64,000 nt of DNA from Octopus vulgaris (Eukaryota), in contig OX597824.1 in NCBI GenBank assembly GCA_951406725.2, positions 44,826,001 to 44,890,000 on the forward strand, written 5' to 3'. A program made the position numbers and the translations under genes. The notes under the pieces were generated by a model that did not search any database, had not been told where the DNA came from, and was given only the letters and a program-made list of their open reading frames with translations. Positions 13,388 to 26,652 of this stretch are shown in pieces. Each line of letters begins with the position of its first letter. The stretch's first letter is position 1.

Positions 13388-14734
13388 GTTTAGACTGTCC
13401 TACTGTTACTAAAAAAAGGATTTCACACAATGTCCCATATCACTTTGGTGTCTTTGTTTCAACCAAATCCAACTCTACCAATTAAGAGACTTCCAATTAC
13501 TCCATGTGTACCCTGAAGTCCTGTAACAAATTTCCTGTTGGCCCCTTCTATGCATATGGTGGAATATTTACATCTTTTTTTCCACAGCTGTATGCAAGTA
13601 AATTTTGGGGGAATATGCTCAGAAATGGCGTATGTCATGAAACTTTTTTACAACACAGGTGTTCTTATCACAACTTGTGTCAAAAATTTTCTATAAATTC
13701 TGTTCACACTATTTTCAATCTTTCAATTTGAAATAACAACACTTGTCATTATCATCATCACTAGCATTGAGGCAGATTTTTATGGCCAGATCTTCTACCT
13801 GTTGCCAGTCCTCACTTGTTTCCAAGCAAGTTAATGTTTTCCCATGGCTGAATGTGTTAACATGAAAGACTGGAAATGAGACTTTGCTTGTATGACAATG
13901 AAACTTATTTATAACTATCCCATGATGTCAAGACAAACATATACATGTTCACACTCATACATATCTGCATATGAGAGGGACTTGCAACATAGCTCAACTA
14001 TTGTTGCTTGCAGAAAATAAGCAGCTCTCCTAGAAAACCAGTTGTCACAATATGGCGCTTGAAATCAAATAGAAGAATTTGTTTTCTCAATTCTGTAATG
14101 AAAATGTTGCAGCATAACATTCCTAAAATTGTATCATGTTGGAAAGAACTTTGCAAAAATCAGCATGATGTAAGACTATATCTGTTGATCTGGCTAAACT
14201 GGCACTGATTTGTGAAAGACAGAAGCAAATGGCTGTCAGTAACTGCAGTCTTGAGTTCCATTAAAGATGAAGAAATTAAATAATAGTAAACTAATAGATT
14301 AAGATTAATTATTAAAAATTAAATAAATTTAAATTGTACTGAGACAAGAAATTTAGGTAGCTTAATTTTGGACTATTCATTAATTGAGACAGACTAAAAT
14401 GAAATTAAATACGTAGGCAAGTTGTGAAACTGTCTCTGTATGTAAATACACATAACCTTTGTAATTGAGGTTAACTTCACTGATTCAATATTGCAGTTGG
14501 GGTTTCAGATTTCAATTGGAATGTTTTCATTTATTTCACTCACAGTTTAGGAAACGCTTGAACATTTCATCTATTTTCTTCTCCAGTAAAAATTTACACT
14601 TTTTGATATAGGCTTAGTTATAGTTAGTAGCTTCATGTAACACATCTGAGTTTTTTTTTTATTAATCATATATATGAGGGTATGTATGGGCATAAATTTA
14701 TGATTGTATGTTTGAATATTACTCACACACATAT

Positions 14735-15100
14735 ATCTTTTATCATTTGCTTCAGTCATTAGACTTCAGCCATGCTAGAGCACCACCTTGAAAGTTTTTT
14801 CTAAGTACCTTTTTTTTCCTAAGCCTGGCATTTATTTTATTGGTCTCTTTTTGCTGAACTGCTAAGTTATGGGGACATGAATAAACCAATGCCAGTTGAC
14901 AATCGGTGTGGGGGACAGACACAAAGATATACACACACGCGATGAGCTTCTTTCAGTTTCTGTCTACCAGATCCATGCATGAGGCTTTGGTCAGCCTTGG
15001 GCTATAGTACAAGACACTTACTTGCCCAATGTATCATGCAGTGGGACTGAACCTGGAATCATGTCATTGGGAAGCAAACTTCTTACAGCTCTGCTGCACC
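14735..15100 (-). mobile_element. SINE with family A head and alternative body/tail (family A2)
   Basis: Reverse-orientation relative of 22880-23233 (cttctttcagtttc...gtgggactgaacc; ctaagttatggggac; tcagtcatt...gccatgctagagcaccacc). Confidence 0.75.
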
Positions 15101-17821
15101 TCATAAATCCACCCAACCATAGAAAATCTGCCTTGACGAGTTCTATCTGACCTATGCAAGTATGGAAAAGTGAATGTTAAATAATGATGATGATAAAACT
15201 TTGGAATTCTGTTTGAGTAGAGTTTATTCAAGGACAAAATCAACAATAAACACAGTTTTTAGAGTTAATTATCCTACTGGCTCAGTTCCATTTAGCTTTA
15301 AACAAGTACTGTGAATAGATATAACACACTATTGTGAATGAGGGTTACTGAAGTTCTATATAATTAACAAGTGCTGAGTTCAAATTGTTCTGTGAACCTG
15401 TAGAAGGCCACAAGTGTAGCTAGAGAATAAGAGCAAAAGATTATAAATTTAGTAAAATCATGGTGTATGTGTTTATGTATGTATGTATATATATGTGTGT
15501 GTGTGTATGTATATGTACATATATGTGTGTATATATATGTATATATATATATATATATATACTCACTCACACACTCCCCATCATTATAATTGTACATTCA
15601 TTCTTTTTTCCTTTCTGCACATGATTTGTTAATAAAAATAGTTTATAAATGTCATCAATAGTCTGGAGACCAAATATAATGTGCTCATGTGTGGGTTTGT
15701 GGCATAAGAGTACAGTTCAGTTTGTAGTCATTGTATTTCATGTGTGTGCTGTTGCCATAGAGGCTAGTATACAGCTTTGTCAAATCATTCCAAGATCTGT
15801 GGGACCAATCAACAATCACACTTAGAATGCACAAAGACTATTTCTTAGAGACTCCAGTAATAAAAACCAGAGAGAGATGAGCATTGGTTTACAGTTCAGC
15901 CAGACTGAAGAAAATTTTCCTTGTCTTTTTCTTTCTCCATCTCTCTACTTACCACTTCTTTCAAACGTTTTTTTCAGTTTTCTTTTCTTCTCATTATTTC
16001 TGTTCCCTCCCTGTTTCTCATTTCTTCTGTTCATTCTCTCTTTTGTATTTTCTGTTCTTTCTCTCCAGCTTTCTGTTGTATCTCCCACCCTCCCTTTTCT
16101 CCTACCCACTTCACTCTCTCTTCTCTTTTTTGTCACTTCTCTCTCATGTTTTGTTTCTCTCTCTTACTCTCTCACTGTCATAATTCTGATCTGCATGCTT
16201 CCAAAATTGTAAACACTCTATTCTCCTATAAAAATATTAGGGTGCTTTAAAAAAAATTGAGAAAATCCCATAAAAATTTTCAGAAATAGATATAACCAAA
16301 TACTAAGAAGTATTTTGTCCAAAACTACTAATTTTGCTAGACATTCAAAATATAAAAAAATACTTACTATATTCTGATTTACTGTCATGCCTTCTAAGCA
16401 ATTTGAAACCCAAAATTAAGGTAGCCTAATCTCTGGTTTATGATATATCAAAGAGGTAAGAGTGCTTTGATTCTGCTGGTGTCCTGACCATGTAGAGCAT
16501 CCTAAAAATGAGAAAGCTGTTAGACTAACCAAAGAAACTTTATAACAAATAATAGTATTTGCAAAGTACCATGTAAAAACTTGAAAATCTACATATTTAA
16601 ACATATGCAAGAGATTGGACCTAGAAATTCACATAACAAACTCAGTGAGATCCCATTCTCATTTGGTGAAAAATTCTTTCATAATCATAACTGCAAGAAA
16701 AAATGAAGTTGTTTACAACCATCTCTGCATTAGTCATTATTAGTTAATCCACTTTTCTTTCTGAAAGTATGACCAACTATGAAGTGTGTCTCTTGAGGTT
16801 TAGACATATTGTTTTTATTCTTTTATACTTTTATTTCTTTTATTGGTCTCACTGATTAAATTGTGAACATGCTGGGCCACCAATTTCAAGGTCATGGACA
16901 ATCACATTGACTCTAGAGCTTATAGAAATATAGTACTTATAGGCAATCTTTATATCCAACTCAACATGGACATATTGGTTAGAAACTGAATACTGCAGTA
17001 TTCGCTATGAGTAGTCCTCTCACATAGACACCTTATATAGAAAAGCACAGACATGCATCATAGCAGACAAGAATCCTCTGGCATGGATACTGGAACTGCC
17101 AGATTATGTGGGATTTCATCATACTGCACAACCTCAATGACAGGCGTCCACATACCATCCAAATCTCACTGTCAGCAATATGTAGAATAGGAGTGACTTT
17201 TTGGGCACTGATGTTGCAACTAGCCAGCTGACTTGTTAAAAAATAAGTGTTTATTTTATCCATCTCTAGTTATAAAGCTCTTAGATTATGGAACATCGAA
17301 GAGCATTATATAACACTAGTTTTTAGACCAGTGTAATCAGGAACATAGGTGTGCACATAAATACATGTGTGTGTATGTATTAGATGTAATGCAACATAAC
17401 TAACTCAAGGGTGTCATTTTGTGTATGTTACTTTTTAACTGATACATAAATTTTAATGTCCACTTTACTATGTTTGCATGGGTCAGATGGAGTTTATTGG
17501 GCCAGCTTTTCTATGTTTGAATGTCCTTCCTGTTACCAGCCCTTACCTGTTTCAAATGCAAGATAATATTTCCCCATGGCTAGACATGTTTTGCAGAATA
17601 TTGGCAATGAATGACCATGGTTGTATGAGACTGTGATACTCATTTATAACAATCATACAATGTCAAGACTAGGAGACACAAACATACTCATACACATACA
17701 TGTATTGCGAGGATGATCCGGTTCTTGACTGAAGATTGAAGGCTTCGAATGTCCCGTCCGTGTTTTTTGTATCATCTTCTAAATGTTTTGCATTCTTGTC
17801 CCAGTTTGTATTTTTTTACCT

Positions 17822-17872
<51 letters not shown>

Positions 17873-17877
<5 letters not shown>

Positions 17878-18097
17878 AATCGTTAGCCCCTACACGCAAT
17901 TTTTTTCTCTCCTTGTTTCTTTTCTGTGTCTCTTTCTGTTGAAGAGCGTAGGCTCGAAACGTAAAAGTCTTGTTTTATTTCTATTCCTGAGCACCATACT
18001 AATACATTGTTTGTTTGTACTCCACCTGCCTTCGTCTTTTGTTTATTTTCGTAAACCTGCCTTCGTCTTTTGTTTATTTTCGTAAACCTTCCCGTTT
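17873..18097 (+). mobile_element. Penelope-like terminal fragment with minimal hammerhead motif, embedded in (TA)n
   Basis: cttt-CTGTTGA-A-GAGC-gtag-GCTC-GAAAC-GTA-aaag at 17932-17967; (TA)n runs on both sides; 31-bp tandem duplication at 18024-18085. Confidence 0.65.
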
Positions 18098-18305
18098 TAT
18101 ATATATATATATATATAATTTTCAGCTGTAACCAAGATGGGAGGGTCAATATTCATTATGTTCTATTTATGTCAAAAATCCTAAATGTTAAATTTTACTA
18201 TTAAATTCACCTGAAGAAAATTGATTTTTTTACATGATGTAATAGTTTTGTTCATCAATAAAGAACACATCTGAAACAGCTGTAGTGAACTTTATATGTG
18301 TGTGG

Positions 18306-18890
18306 TATCATTTAATGTACTCAGTATAAAGATACAAGCTACTAATAGTTTGTTTCTTGCTTTAGAGACATACGTCTAGGCTGGTTTTTATAACATGCCT
18401 TGTCTCCAAACAATTTCAGACTTTAACACATGGTCTAGTCAATTTTCAAATCAAGATGCTAGTACAAAGGAAATCACAACAAAGAAACTAAAAGGAAGTA
18501 GATGCAAAAAATTAGAAAGATAAATAAAAACAGAAAAAGAAAGGAAAGATAATGAGAACTGTGTTCCTTTTGACCATAAAGCTAGTTGTTGTATAATAAT
18601 CCAATGGAGAGTGTCTCACAGGCTTTGGACCTAAGGGAACATAACTCTAGTTTTCTTTTTCATTCACCCTTCCACTTATTGTATCTACCACCTTTTTGGT
18701 TTCTTTTCTCATGATTTCCCTTGTACCAGCATCTTGATTTGAAAGTTGAATAGACCATGTGCTCAGAGCCTCACGATTGCTTGAAGACACAAGGCATGTT
18801 ATAAAACCTGCCCAGACTTGTGTCTCCAAAGCAAGAAATTATGAATAGCTCTTGTAGCTAGTATCTTTATACTGTTTACATTAAATGATA
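18306..18890. repeat. Long imperfect inverted repeat (foldback), arms ~235 bp, spacer ~110 bp
   Basis: tatcatttaatgta..cagtataaagatac pairs with gtatctttatactg..tacattaaatgata; tttcaaatcaagatgct.gtacaa pairs with ttgtac.agcatcttgatttgaaa; ttataacatgccttgt pairs with acaaggcatgttataa. Confidence 0.9.
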
Positions 18891-19860
18891 TTTATCCCTC
18901 ACTAGATGGAATACCTTTTTTGTTATCTTACCATAATGGAAGAGTGAACTATATATATATGTATAGTTAAATCAAATAAATGAACAATAAAATTAACAAT
19001 AACAAACAAGAGGACATGCACAAGGAATGTATTAGTTTGACATTCAGTAAAGAGAGTTGACGTTTGAGGCATAGCTCTTCATTGGGAAGGAGAAAGGGAA
19101 AAGTCAAAAGAAGGAAAAGATATCATCAACAGCACACATTTGTAGTTACATTATATATAAAATATGCACACACATGATAAGCTTCTTTTGGTTTCAGTGG
19201 TGCTACCAAATCCACTTGTGATGCTTTGATTGGCCCAGGGCTATGAAATAAGACACTTCAGCAAGATGCCATGCAGTGGGACTGAACTTCATACCATGTT
19301 GGAAAGCTTCCTATATGTATACATACATGCACACATACACGCACACAAAGACACCCAATACACTCTGTAAAGTATTTGGTGTCTGGAATGATATTCAGTT
19401 TTAGAAACCTTACCAAAACTAGGGCAAGATGTGGTCTTCCAAACTATTGGATCCTGTCTCACTGTCCAACTCATATCAGCATGGAAAGCAAATATAAAGA
19501 TGATGATGATGATGTCACAGTGGGCATTTGCACAATTTCTACCCACCAAATTCCACTCGCAAAGTATTGGTTGCCTCCAGAGGTAATAGAAGGTACTTGT
19601 CCAAAGTGTTGCTCAGTAGGATTCATCTCAGAACAGTGTGGTTGGAAAGTATATATTCCAACCACACAGCTGTGCTGGCATTTAATGCTTAACATTTTTG
19701 CATGTTCAAGTCTGTTCAAAAGCATTTTACTTTCTTACAAACCTAAATTCAACAAAATCCAAATTTTTTTAACATTTGCTATCTTTTATGGTTAAAACCT
19801 TCCAAATTTTTATACTCCATTTTCTTTGTGTGCGTGTGTGTGTGTGTGTGAGCATGCGTG

Positions 19861-20181
19861 CATCATCATTATCATCATTTAACGTCCGCTTTCCATACTA
19901 GCATGGGTTGGACGATTTGACTGAGAGCTGGTGAACCAGATGGCTGCACCAGGCTCCAAACTTGATCTGGCAGAGTTTCTACAGCTGGATGCCATTCCTA
20001 ACGCCAACCACTCCGAGAGTGTAGTGGGTGCTTTTATGTGCCACCGGCACAAGGGCTAGTCGGGCAGTACTGGCAACGACCTCGTTCGAATCTTTTTACC
20101 CATGCCACCGGCACAGGTGCCAGTAAGGCGATGCTGGTAACGATCACTCTTGAATGGTGCTTTTTACATGCCACCGGTACG
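19861..20181 (-). mobile_element. Short 3'UTR-only copy of the RTE family seen at 36911-38448
   Basis: Closely similar to 36912-37260: (cat)n tttaacgtccgctttccat..ctagcatgggttggacg, ctaacgccaaccactccg and repeated tgccaccggcac. Confidence 0.85.
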
Positions 20182-22879
20182 GCTGTGCGTGTATTCATCA
20201 GCATATGGGAATTGATCTCTTCACACTTCGTACATTTTATATAAACTTTTAGGAATCTATAGAAGAGTTAAACCTACTGCAACTGTCCTAGTATGTGTGG
20301 AAAATTCTGAGTGAGACGTAAGATAACCATCTCTATTCAGCTTTCTGCCTCTTCTTTTTCCTCTTTCCCTTTTGTCTCTTCTACTCTTTCTTTATCTATT
20401 ATCTCTTTCTGTCTTTCATCTTTTCCTTACACAACACTGTCCTCTTTTTTGTGTTCTCTCACATATTTTCTATTCTGCTGCTTATCTTTCTCCTTCCCTC
20501 TCTCTCACACTCAAACTCACCCTCATCTCTTCCTGTCTTTTTCTTTTTATTCATTTTCATTTAATTTATATGCCTTTTCTCTCCTTAAAATATATTTTTA
20601 ATAAAAGATTTTTTTCTAGTAGTTTTACTGACATTGAACTCGAACTATGCTATTTGTCCCATTTAATTCTCTATATGTACCCACTAATATAGTTAATGAA
20701 AAGACAGAGGAGTAGAGAGCAGATCCAAGCTTCTCAATGTGGCATTGACTGATGTTTAAACCTCTTGACTGTATCACAGTGAGTCAGACATGCTGCTGTT
20801 CTGTTCTAGAGTCATGTTTTAAAAATCAATGACATTCAGTAATATGTTGAAAGTGTTGTTGTTCTTCTTTTAACTGTCCTTGTATTTTCTTGTCATGAAC
20901 ATTGTTAGAATATCATCATAGTTTTTGACATTTCCATATAGTTTTGTCCACTTTTCTTTTTGTAACTCTTCTGCTGTAGACTAGAGGATGTTTTAAATTT
21001 CAGTCTTCAGTTACTGTAACTTAAATAGTAATTGATGGTCATGATATAAAAGTAAATTATGATAATATCTTTTATTAGATAATACATTAGTCATCATCAT
21101 TGTTTTATGCATGCTTTCCATGTTGGCATGAATTGGATGAGTCATTACTTTATGGGTCTGTTCTTATTTGGAGTTACTGCTCCCCTAGACTGGTTGGAGA
21201 ACTATGTTTCATTCATACATTTCAATTTTCAGCTTGGCTTTTATGTCTGGCTGTCTTTCTTATTTGCAATTACTTAACATAGTGTACTGAATGCATTTTA
21301 TTGTGGCATTATCATAAGAGAGGTTGTCATGATCTTGACAAGATTAAGTGGTCCTCTGAACCCCGTGTCATCTTCACTCAATTGCCAACCACTTCACAGA
21401 TTGTGCTGGGGGAATTTTATCATGGTACCAGCACTGGTTGGGTTACTGTTCATTCAGTGCAATGTAACAGAAATGGTGAATACACTGGAAAATATGATAA
21501 TTGTAGTGGTGGTGACAAGTTCACTTGCTGGTTGCTAGTTGGTAGTGTAGAAGGTAGGGAAAGAGTAAGGAATGCATGGTGCTGACTAGAAAGGATAAAG
21601 GTGACATCGTCTTCGCTCACCATGTGAATAGAGCAGAGTGGTGACATTTAGTAGATATGACCCAGAAGTTGTTTCTCTTTGGTTACTATCGCAAACAGCA
21701 GTAACTTTCTTCAACTGAATACATGTTGTTGATTGGTTGAAATTACCCAAATACGACAACTTTAACATGAAATAACTTCTAAAATACCAAATTTTGTCAA
21801 AAATGTTCAAAGTAAACTGTGTTCTGCCTGAGACATTCCACCAGTATACAAAGTTTCAAGCTGCTTAGTTAAAAAAAAATTAATTAAAAAATCTGTGAGC
21901 CAAACTGAACATCCATAAATTTGAAACATTTAATCCATAAAGTGTAGCAAAAATACTGAATAGTTGCATTAGCCAATGAGTAGGAGCTGCTGTCATTTGA
22001 TGTTTCCTTACTCGTTTATTCTCTATTATGGAATGCTAACCTAGCATACAACTTTCTGAGTAAGTGGTTTGAATTATGAAAGGGCATCACTGTAAAAATT
22101 CATATTCAAATATATGCATATAAAATGCTAAACTATCTAGCCACCCAGAATAGATTCTGTGGTTAAATGGTTTCAACCATGAAACTACTTGCTTTTAGGT
22201 TCCAATGTAAGGATTATATTGCACTTTTGACTCTTTTGATACTAACTTACCTGAAACCAATTTGGTTCTATGATACAAATTTCTTGTTTTAAAGTAATCT
22301 AAATTAAAAGCTTCCAGTACGGTTTCGTATTAATTTATATTCAAAATACCAGCTTCATAATGACAATTATTTTATTAAATTCTTCGTTAAACAAAGGCAA
22401 GGTATTTCAACAGAAATATTACAAAAATGTTTAGCAAAATCTTTTGATTTTATCATCTCTGGCAATCTGAGCTCAAAAAAACCCCCACTTACTTGGAAAC
22501 AGGAAACCCGGTGTCAGGAAAGACATCCAGCTGCTGAAAAACTGTCGAGTTTGATGGTAAAGAATAACGACTAATTGTAGCTACAACTGCAGCAACAATT
22601 TTAGTTAATAAATTCAATACCAGACTGAAATAAGTATTAGCAGTGATACAATTGACTAAAAGTCCTCAAAAGCTTTGCCTTAGTATAGCCACACCCCATT
22701 TACTGAAACCAGGAAAAGAATTAAAGAATGTAATTTCAAACTAAATATTTTCTATGAGTTCAACCTTCTCAAGTCCACAGTTGTTAGCACTTCTGTGTAT
22801 CAACATCTATTATATTGTAATTTTATTGAATTCTATAAGTAAGGAGTTAAATTTTGCATGATCCACAGCAACTGGCAAC

Positions 22880-23233
22880 AGGTGTGGCTCTGTGGTAAGT
22901 AGCTTGCTTACCAACCACATGGTTCTGGGTTCAGTCCCGCTGCGTGGCACCTTGCGCAAGTGTCTTCTAATATATACTCGGGACGACCAAAGCCTTGTGA
23001 GTGGATTTGGTAGACGGAAACTGAAAGAAGCCTGTCGTATATATGTTTGTCCCCCCAACATCGCTTGACAACCAATGATGGTGTGTTTACGTCCCCGTAA
23101 CTTAGCGGTTTGGCAAAAGAAACCAATAGAATAAGTACTAGGCTTACAAAGAATAAGTTCTGGGGTCGATTTGCTTGACTAAAGGCGGTGCTCCAACATA
23201 GCCACAGTAAAATGACTGAAACAAGTAAAAGAA
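22880..23233 (+). mobile_element. Well-preserved tRNA-derived SINE (family A2)
   Basis: A box tggctctgtggtaag, B box gggttcagtccc, core ggcaccttgcgcaagtgtcttcta, and tail tgactgaaacaagtaaaagaat. Retains many CpGs. Confidence 0.85.
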
Positions 23234-23404
23234 TCTGTAAGAGCCGGCAACAATCTGTGTAAAAGCTATTATGTGTAATTATTTTAAATGTAAAATCATT
23301 ACTTTTATCTGTCAAAATCTGAACTGCTGGCATGCCATAGCTTTACCCACAAAATCATGTTTGCTAGCACCTTCAATAACTTCCAAAATAAAGGTTGATT
23401 TGAG

Positions 23405-23845
23405 TAGGCATGATTGTGGTTAAGAAGTTGGCTGATGTCCTGAAGTCTAGCTGTGTTCAGGCAATACCTTGTAATTGAAATTGGTACATAGAAACTGAAG
23501 AAGCCTATTGTGCATGTATATATATTTGTAATTATGTATGTATACACATTTGTATATCTGTGGGTGGGTGAGTTTGCATTTCCCCTTTTTATATGTCTGC
23601 TAGTTGTAAACAAAAGACTCATCTAAACGGTGTCATTTGTTACCAGTTCTCTATGGAAACAACTAACACCATTGTTTCAGTGGATTGCAGGATTATTACC
23701 TCATTTAGGAACAGGTGGGGGTATGTATTCCAGAAGGACATCCAACTGCAGAAAACTCTGTTCCAATATATTCTTGTCTGACTACCCCATCCCCACCCCA
23801 TCCATCAAGCATGGGAAATTAAACATTAAACAATGATGGTGATAT
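23405..23845 (+). mobile_element. Degenerate SINE family A copy
   Basis: Head ggcatgattgtggttaagaagt; tail gaaggacatccaactgcagaaa...agcatgggaaattaaacattaaacaatgatg. Confidence 0.65.
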
Positions 23846-24419
23846 GATACCTAATTAATTATGGTTTTAACTTTGATAAACTGAACATCTGAAATTTTTT
23901 AGTAAAAATGGCTATTGAAGATAACACAGAAGATGTATATTTTTAAATTACATCCCATTTCTGACTGATTTTCCATGAAAAATTTACTCAAGTACCTATT
24001 GCTTGTAGCAAAGTTTGAAGATGAGATTTGAATGCAAGAAGTTCAATATGGTATCCGTTCAAAGAAGGAAACAATAAAAAAGCTGCTAATTCATCTTTTG
24101 GCTAAGTATGGCAAACTTAACTATGAAATTGTGGCTTTAATCTGTTAGTGCACTAATTTCAAGCAATGAAAAGGAAAAAATGAATTTAAAAACCTGAAGG
24201 TTTTAAGGGAAAAAATGGAGTTTTGGTTTTCTTTACCTGTCCTATTGTAGGTAGACAACTTTAGTGGTGAATTATGTACAATTGAATGAATTTACCAATT
24301 AAATACAAAGAAATAGGAAAAAGGAGAGATAAGAAAGAAAAGAAAAAAGGGGGAGAAGCAGCATAAGATAGAGGAGGAGGGGTAGATGGGCTACATACTG
24401 CAGGACAAATGGTGTGCTC

Positions 24420-24930
24420 AGCCATGCCCTGTGATTGCGCTGCTGCAGGGAATGGCCAACGACACTCGCTGTAGCAGCCACACTATGGTGTTCATTTCTG
24501 CAGTGGGCTGCCATTATCCCTATTTTGAAGAGGAAATTTGTAGTATGTAGTGTGAGAACACCTGATATCTTGATATCAATCAACACAAACTGATAGCTGC
24601 TGCTCAGGCCCCTGTATTTATTGCTTTTTCCCTCCTCTGCTTTACGGGTTGTGACACCCAGGTTTGCACGTTGTGACACCCAGGTTTGCACGTCGCATCA
24701 TAGACTAGAGATCTGCCTCCCTCATTAAAACCAATGCTCAGACTAGCTTGCTCATGAATAACAAAAAATGCTGGCAAAGCCTTGATATATTTGAATAGGA
24801 GGAGGAGTTAAGCTGCAGCAAAAGTAAGTGTAGTCCTTTTGTATTACCAACTATACCCCACAACCTTGCAACGTAAACAGATGCTGTAAAAGCATGAACA
24901 AACAGAAACACTGGCTCCATACATTAGCTC
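24420..24930 (-). mobile_element. 3' remnant of a restriction-like-endonuclease LINE (CRE-like)
   Basis: ORF 24299..24691 contains AEEGKSNKYRGLSSSYQFVLIDIKISG...NFLFKIG. A second frame gives WLLQRVSLAI, matching the AE..K..KY...F.P...ET.G / LxQRxSxAIQRGN pattern. Confidence 0.6.
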
Positions 24931-25888
24931 CTTATCATGACAAATTGTTCTGACTTTTATCCCAATAACTAATTTTATTTACTCTTCAACAAAGCTCTCT
25001 TATTTGTTAGAATAGTTTCCAGCTGTTTCAGAATAAATATGAAAATTCAGTTGTCCACTTCTTATCGTCTTTTTTTCTTCTTTTTCTTTCTTTCTTTGCA
25101 CTCATTTTCATTGATGATAAATCTATTTCTAATGGTTGACTTTGCTGTTGTGTTACTCCGGAGATACCAACTGAACTTGTTCCAACTTGTGGTTGTCAAG
25201 CTTGTATTATTTTACTTAACAACCTTTCAACATTACCATTTCTGTGTTATTTCTCATTTGGCTATTTTATGATATTGTCACATAGATACTACTAGGTATA
25301 GTTGAACTTTTGAACTGTATCAGATTTACTGGAGTTGTTGACATCTGAGCAGCAGGTGAATAAAAATCACATAGGCTAAGATTAAATTCTGGTTAACTGG
25401 TTGAAAGAATTTTAGAGAAGGCCTACCTTTATTCATCACAAAAGAGTCTTTCTCTCTATCTAAAAAACTGGGCTTTATATAATAAGGCAGATATAAGATG
25501 GAAAGGATTCTTAGTAAGAGAAAAAAAGTTTGCCACTTTAGCATGTTCTCTACTTGGCCATTTACACTTTAGCATGCAATCAAACTATAAGCCTAATTCT
25601 AAACACTAACCCAATTCTTAACACAGATCATGTCATTTCACAGTGTAAACAACAGATAATACAATAGACTGCTAAAGTATTACCAAAATTTCACTTATAT
25701 TGGTGTCTTATAACGCCCATTCATGATAGCAGTTCCTAATAGGAAAACCATCAGCTATAAAAACATTTTTAAAGTTAGTAGGTAATGCAGAAACCTCCAA
25801 AGTAATCCCAGGTGCATTGATGAGTAGAATTTGTTGCAAGCACTTCCTAACTATGATCAAGCAAAAAATAATTATTTTAATCCTTTAA

Positions 25889-26105
25889 CCCTTTCGTTAC
25901 CAACCTGGCTGAAACCGGCTCTGGCTCTTTAGTATAAATGTCTTGTTTTCATAAGTTTTGAATCTAAATCTTCCACTAAATCTTAGTCACAATTTATGTT
26001 CCCAACACTAGCTTAATGATAACTAAGTTATTTTACTAAATTCTTTGTTATATTTAAAATGATTGGAAGAAACAGAGCATCTCAAAATAAATAGTGACGA
26101 AAGGG
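25889..26105. mobile_element. piggyBac-type MITE (family P2), 217 bp
   Basis: TTAA at 25885-25888 and 26106-26109; TIRs CCCTTTCGTTAC / GTGACGAAAGGG (11/12). Older relatives at ~22230-22435, 56161-56365 and split around 8232-9050. Confidence 0.9.
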
Positions 26106-26438
26106 TTAACCTCACTATCCTTCATTTTAGTCTTAGTATAATTTATAATAGTCTAATTGTTAGAAATTTTAAAACGAAGATACTCTGATATGATATATAT
26201 AGATTGATACACAGTATGTGTATCCTTATTAATTTTTTTGTGGAGGAGGTTGTACTTCTGGAATTGATGGAGTAAGGCAGATTGCATAATTAATACAATT
26301 AAAATGAACAATAGACTTAAAATATTTTAATCTCTACATAAAACTCACGGGCAGATTTACCAGATGATCAGAAGGACCAGTATTGCAAAGCTTTATAAAG
26401 AACTGTGCATTGAATAGAGTAATATCTTAACCCTTTAG

Positions 26439-26652
26439 AAGGTGGTGAGCTGGCAGAAATATTAGTATGCTGGGCGAAATTCATAGTGGCATTTCATCTG
26501 TCTTTACATTCTGAGTTCAAATTCGACCAAGGTTGACTTTGCTTTTCATCCTTTCAGGGTTGATAAATTAAGTACCAGTTGCGTACTGGGGTTGATCTAA
26601 TCGACCGGCTCCCTCCCCCCAAATTTCAGGCCTTGTGCCTAGAGTAGAAAAG
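26439..26652 (+). mobile_element. SINE family B with perfect 18-bp TSD
   Basis: aatatcttaaccctttag at 26421-26438 and 26653-26670; head aaggtggtgagctggcag, B box gagttcaaattc, core ctttgcttttcatcctttcagggttgataaattaagtaccag. Confidence 0.9.

Noticed and set aside
15877-16250. Overlapping hydrophobic F/L/S ORFs resembling membrane proteins (also 20311-20692)
   Set aside because: Pyrimidine-rich low-complexity tracts that lack stop codons in all frames by composition.
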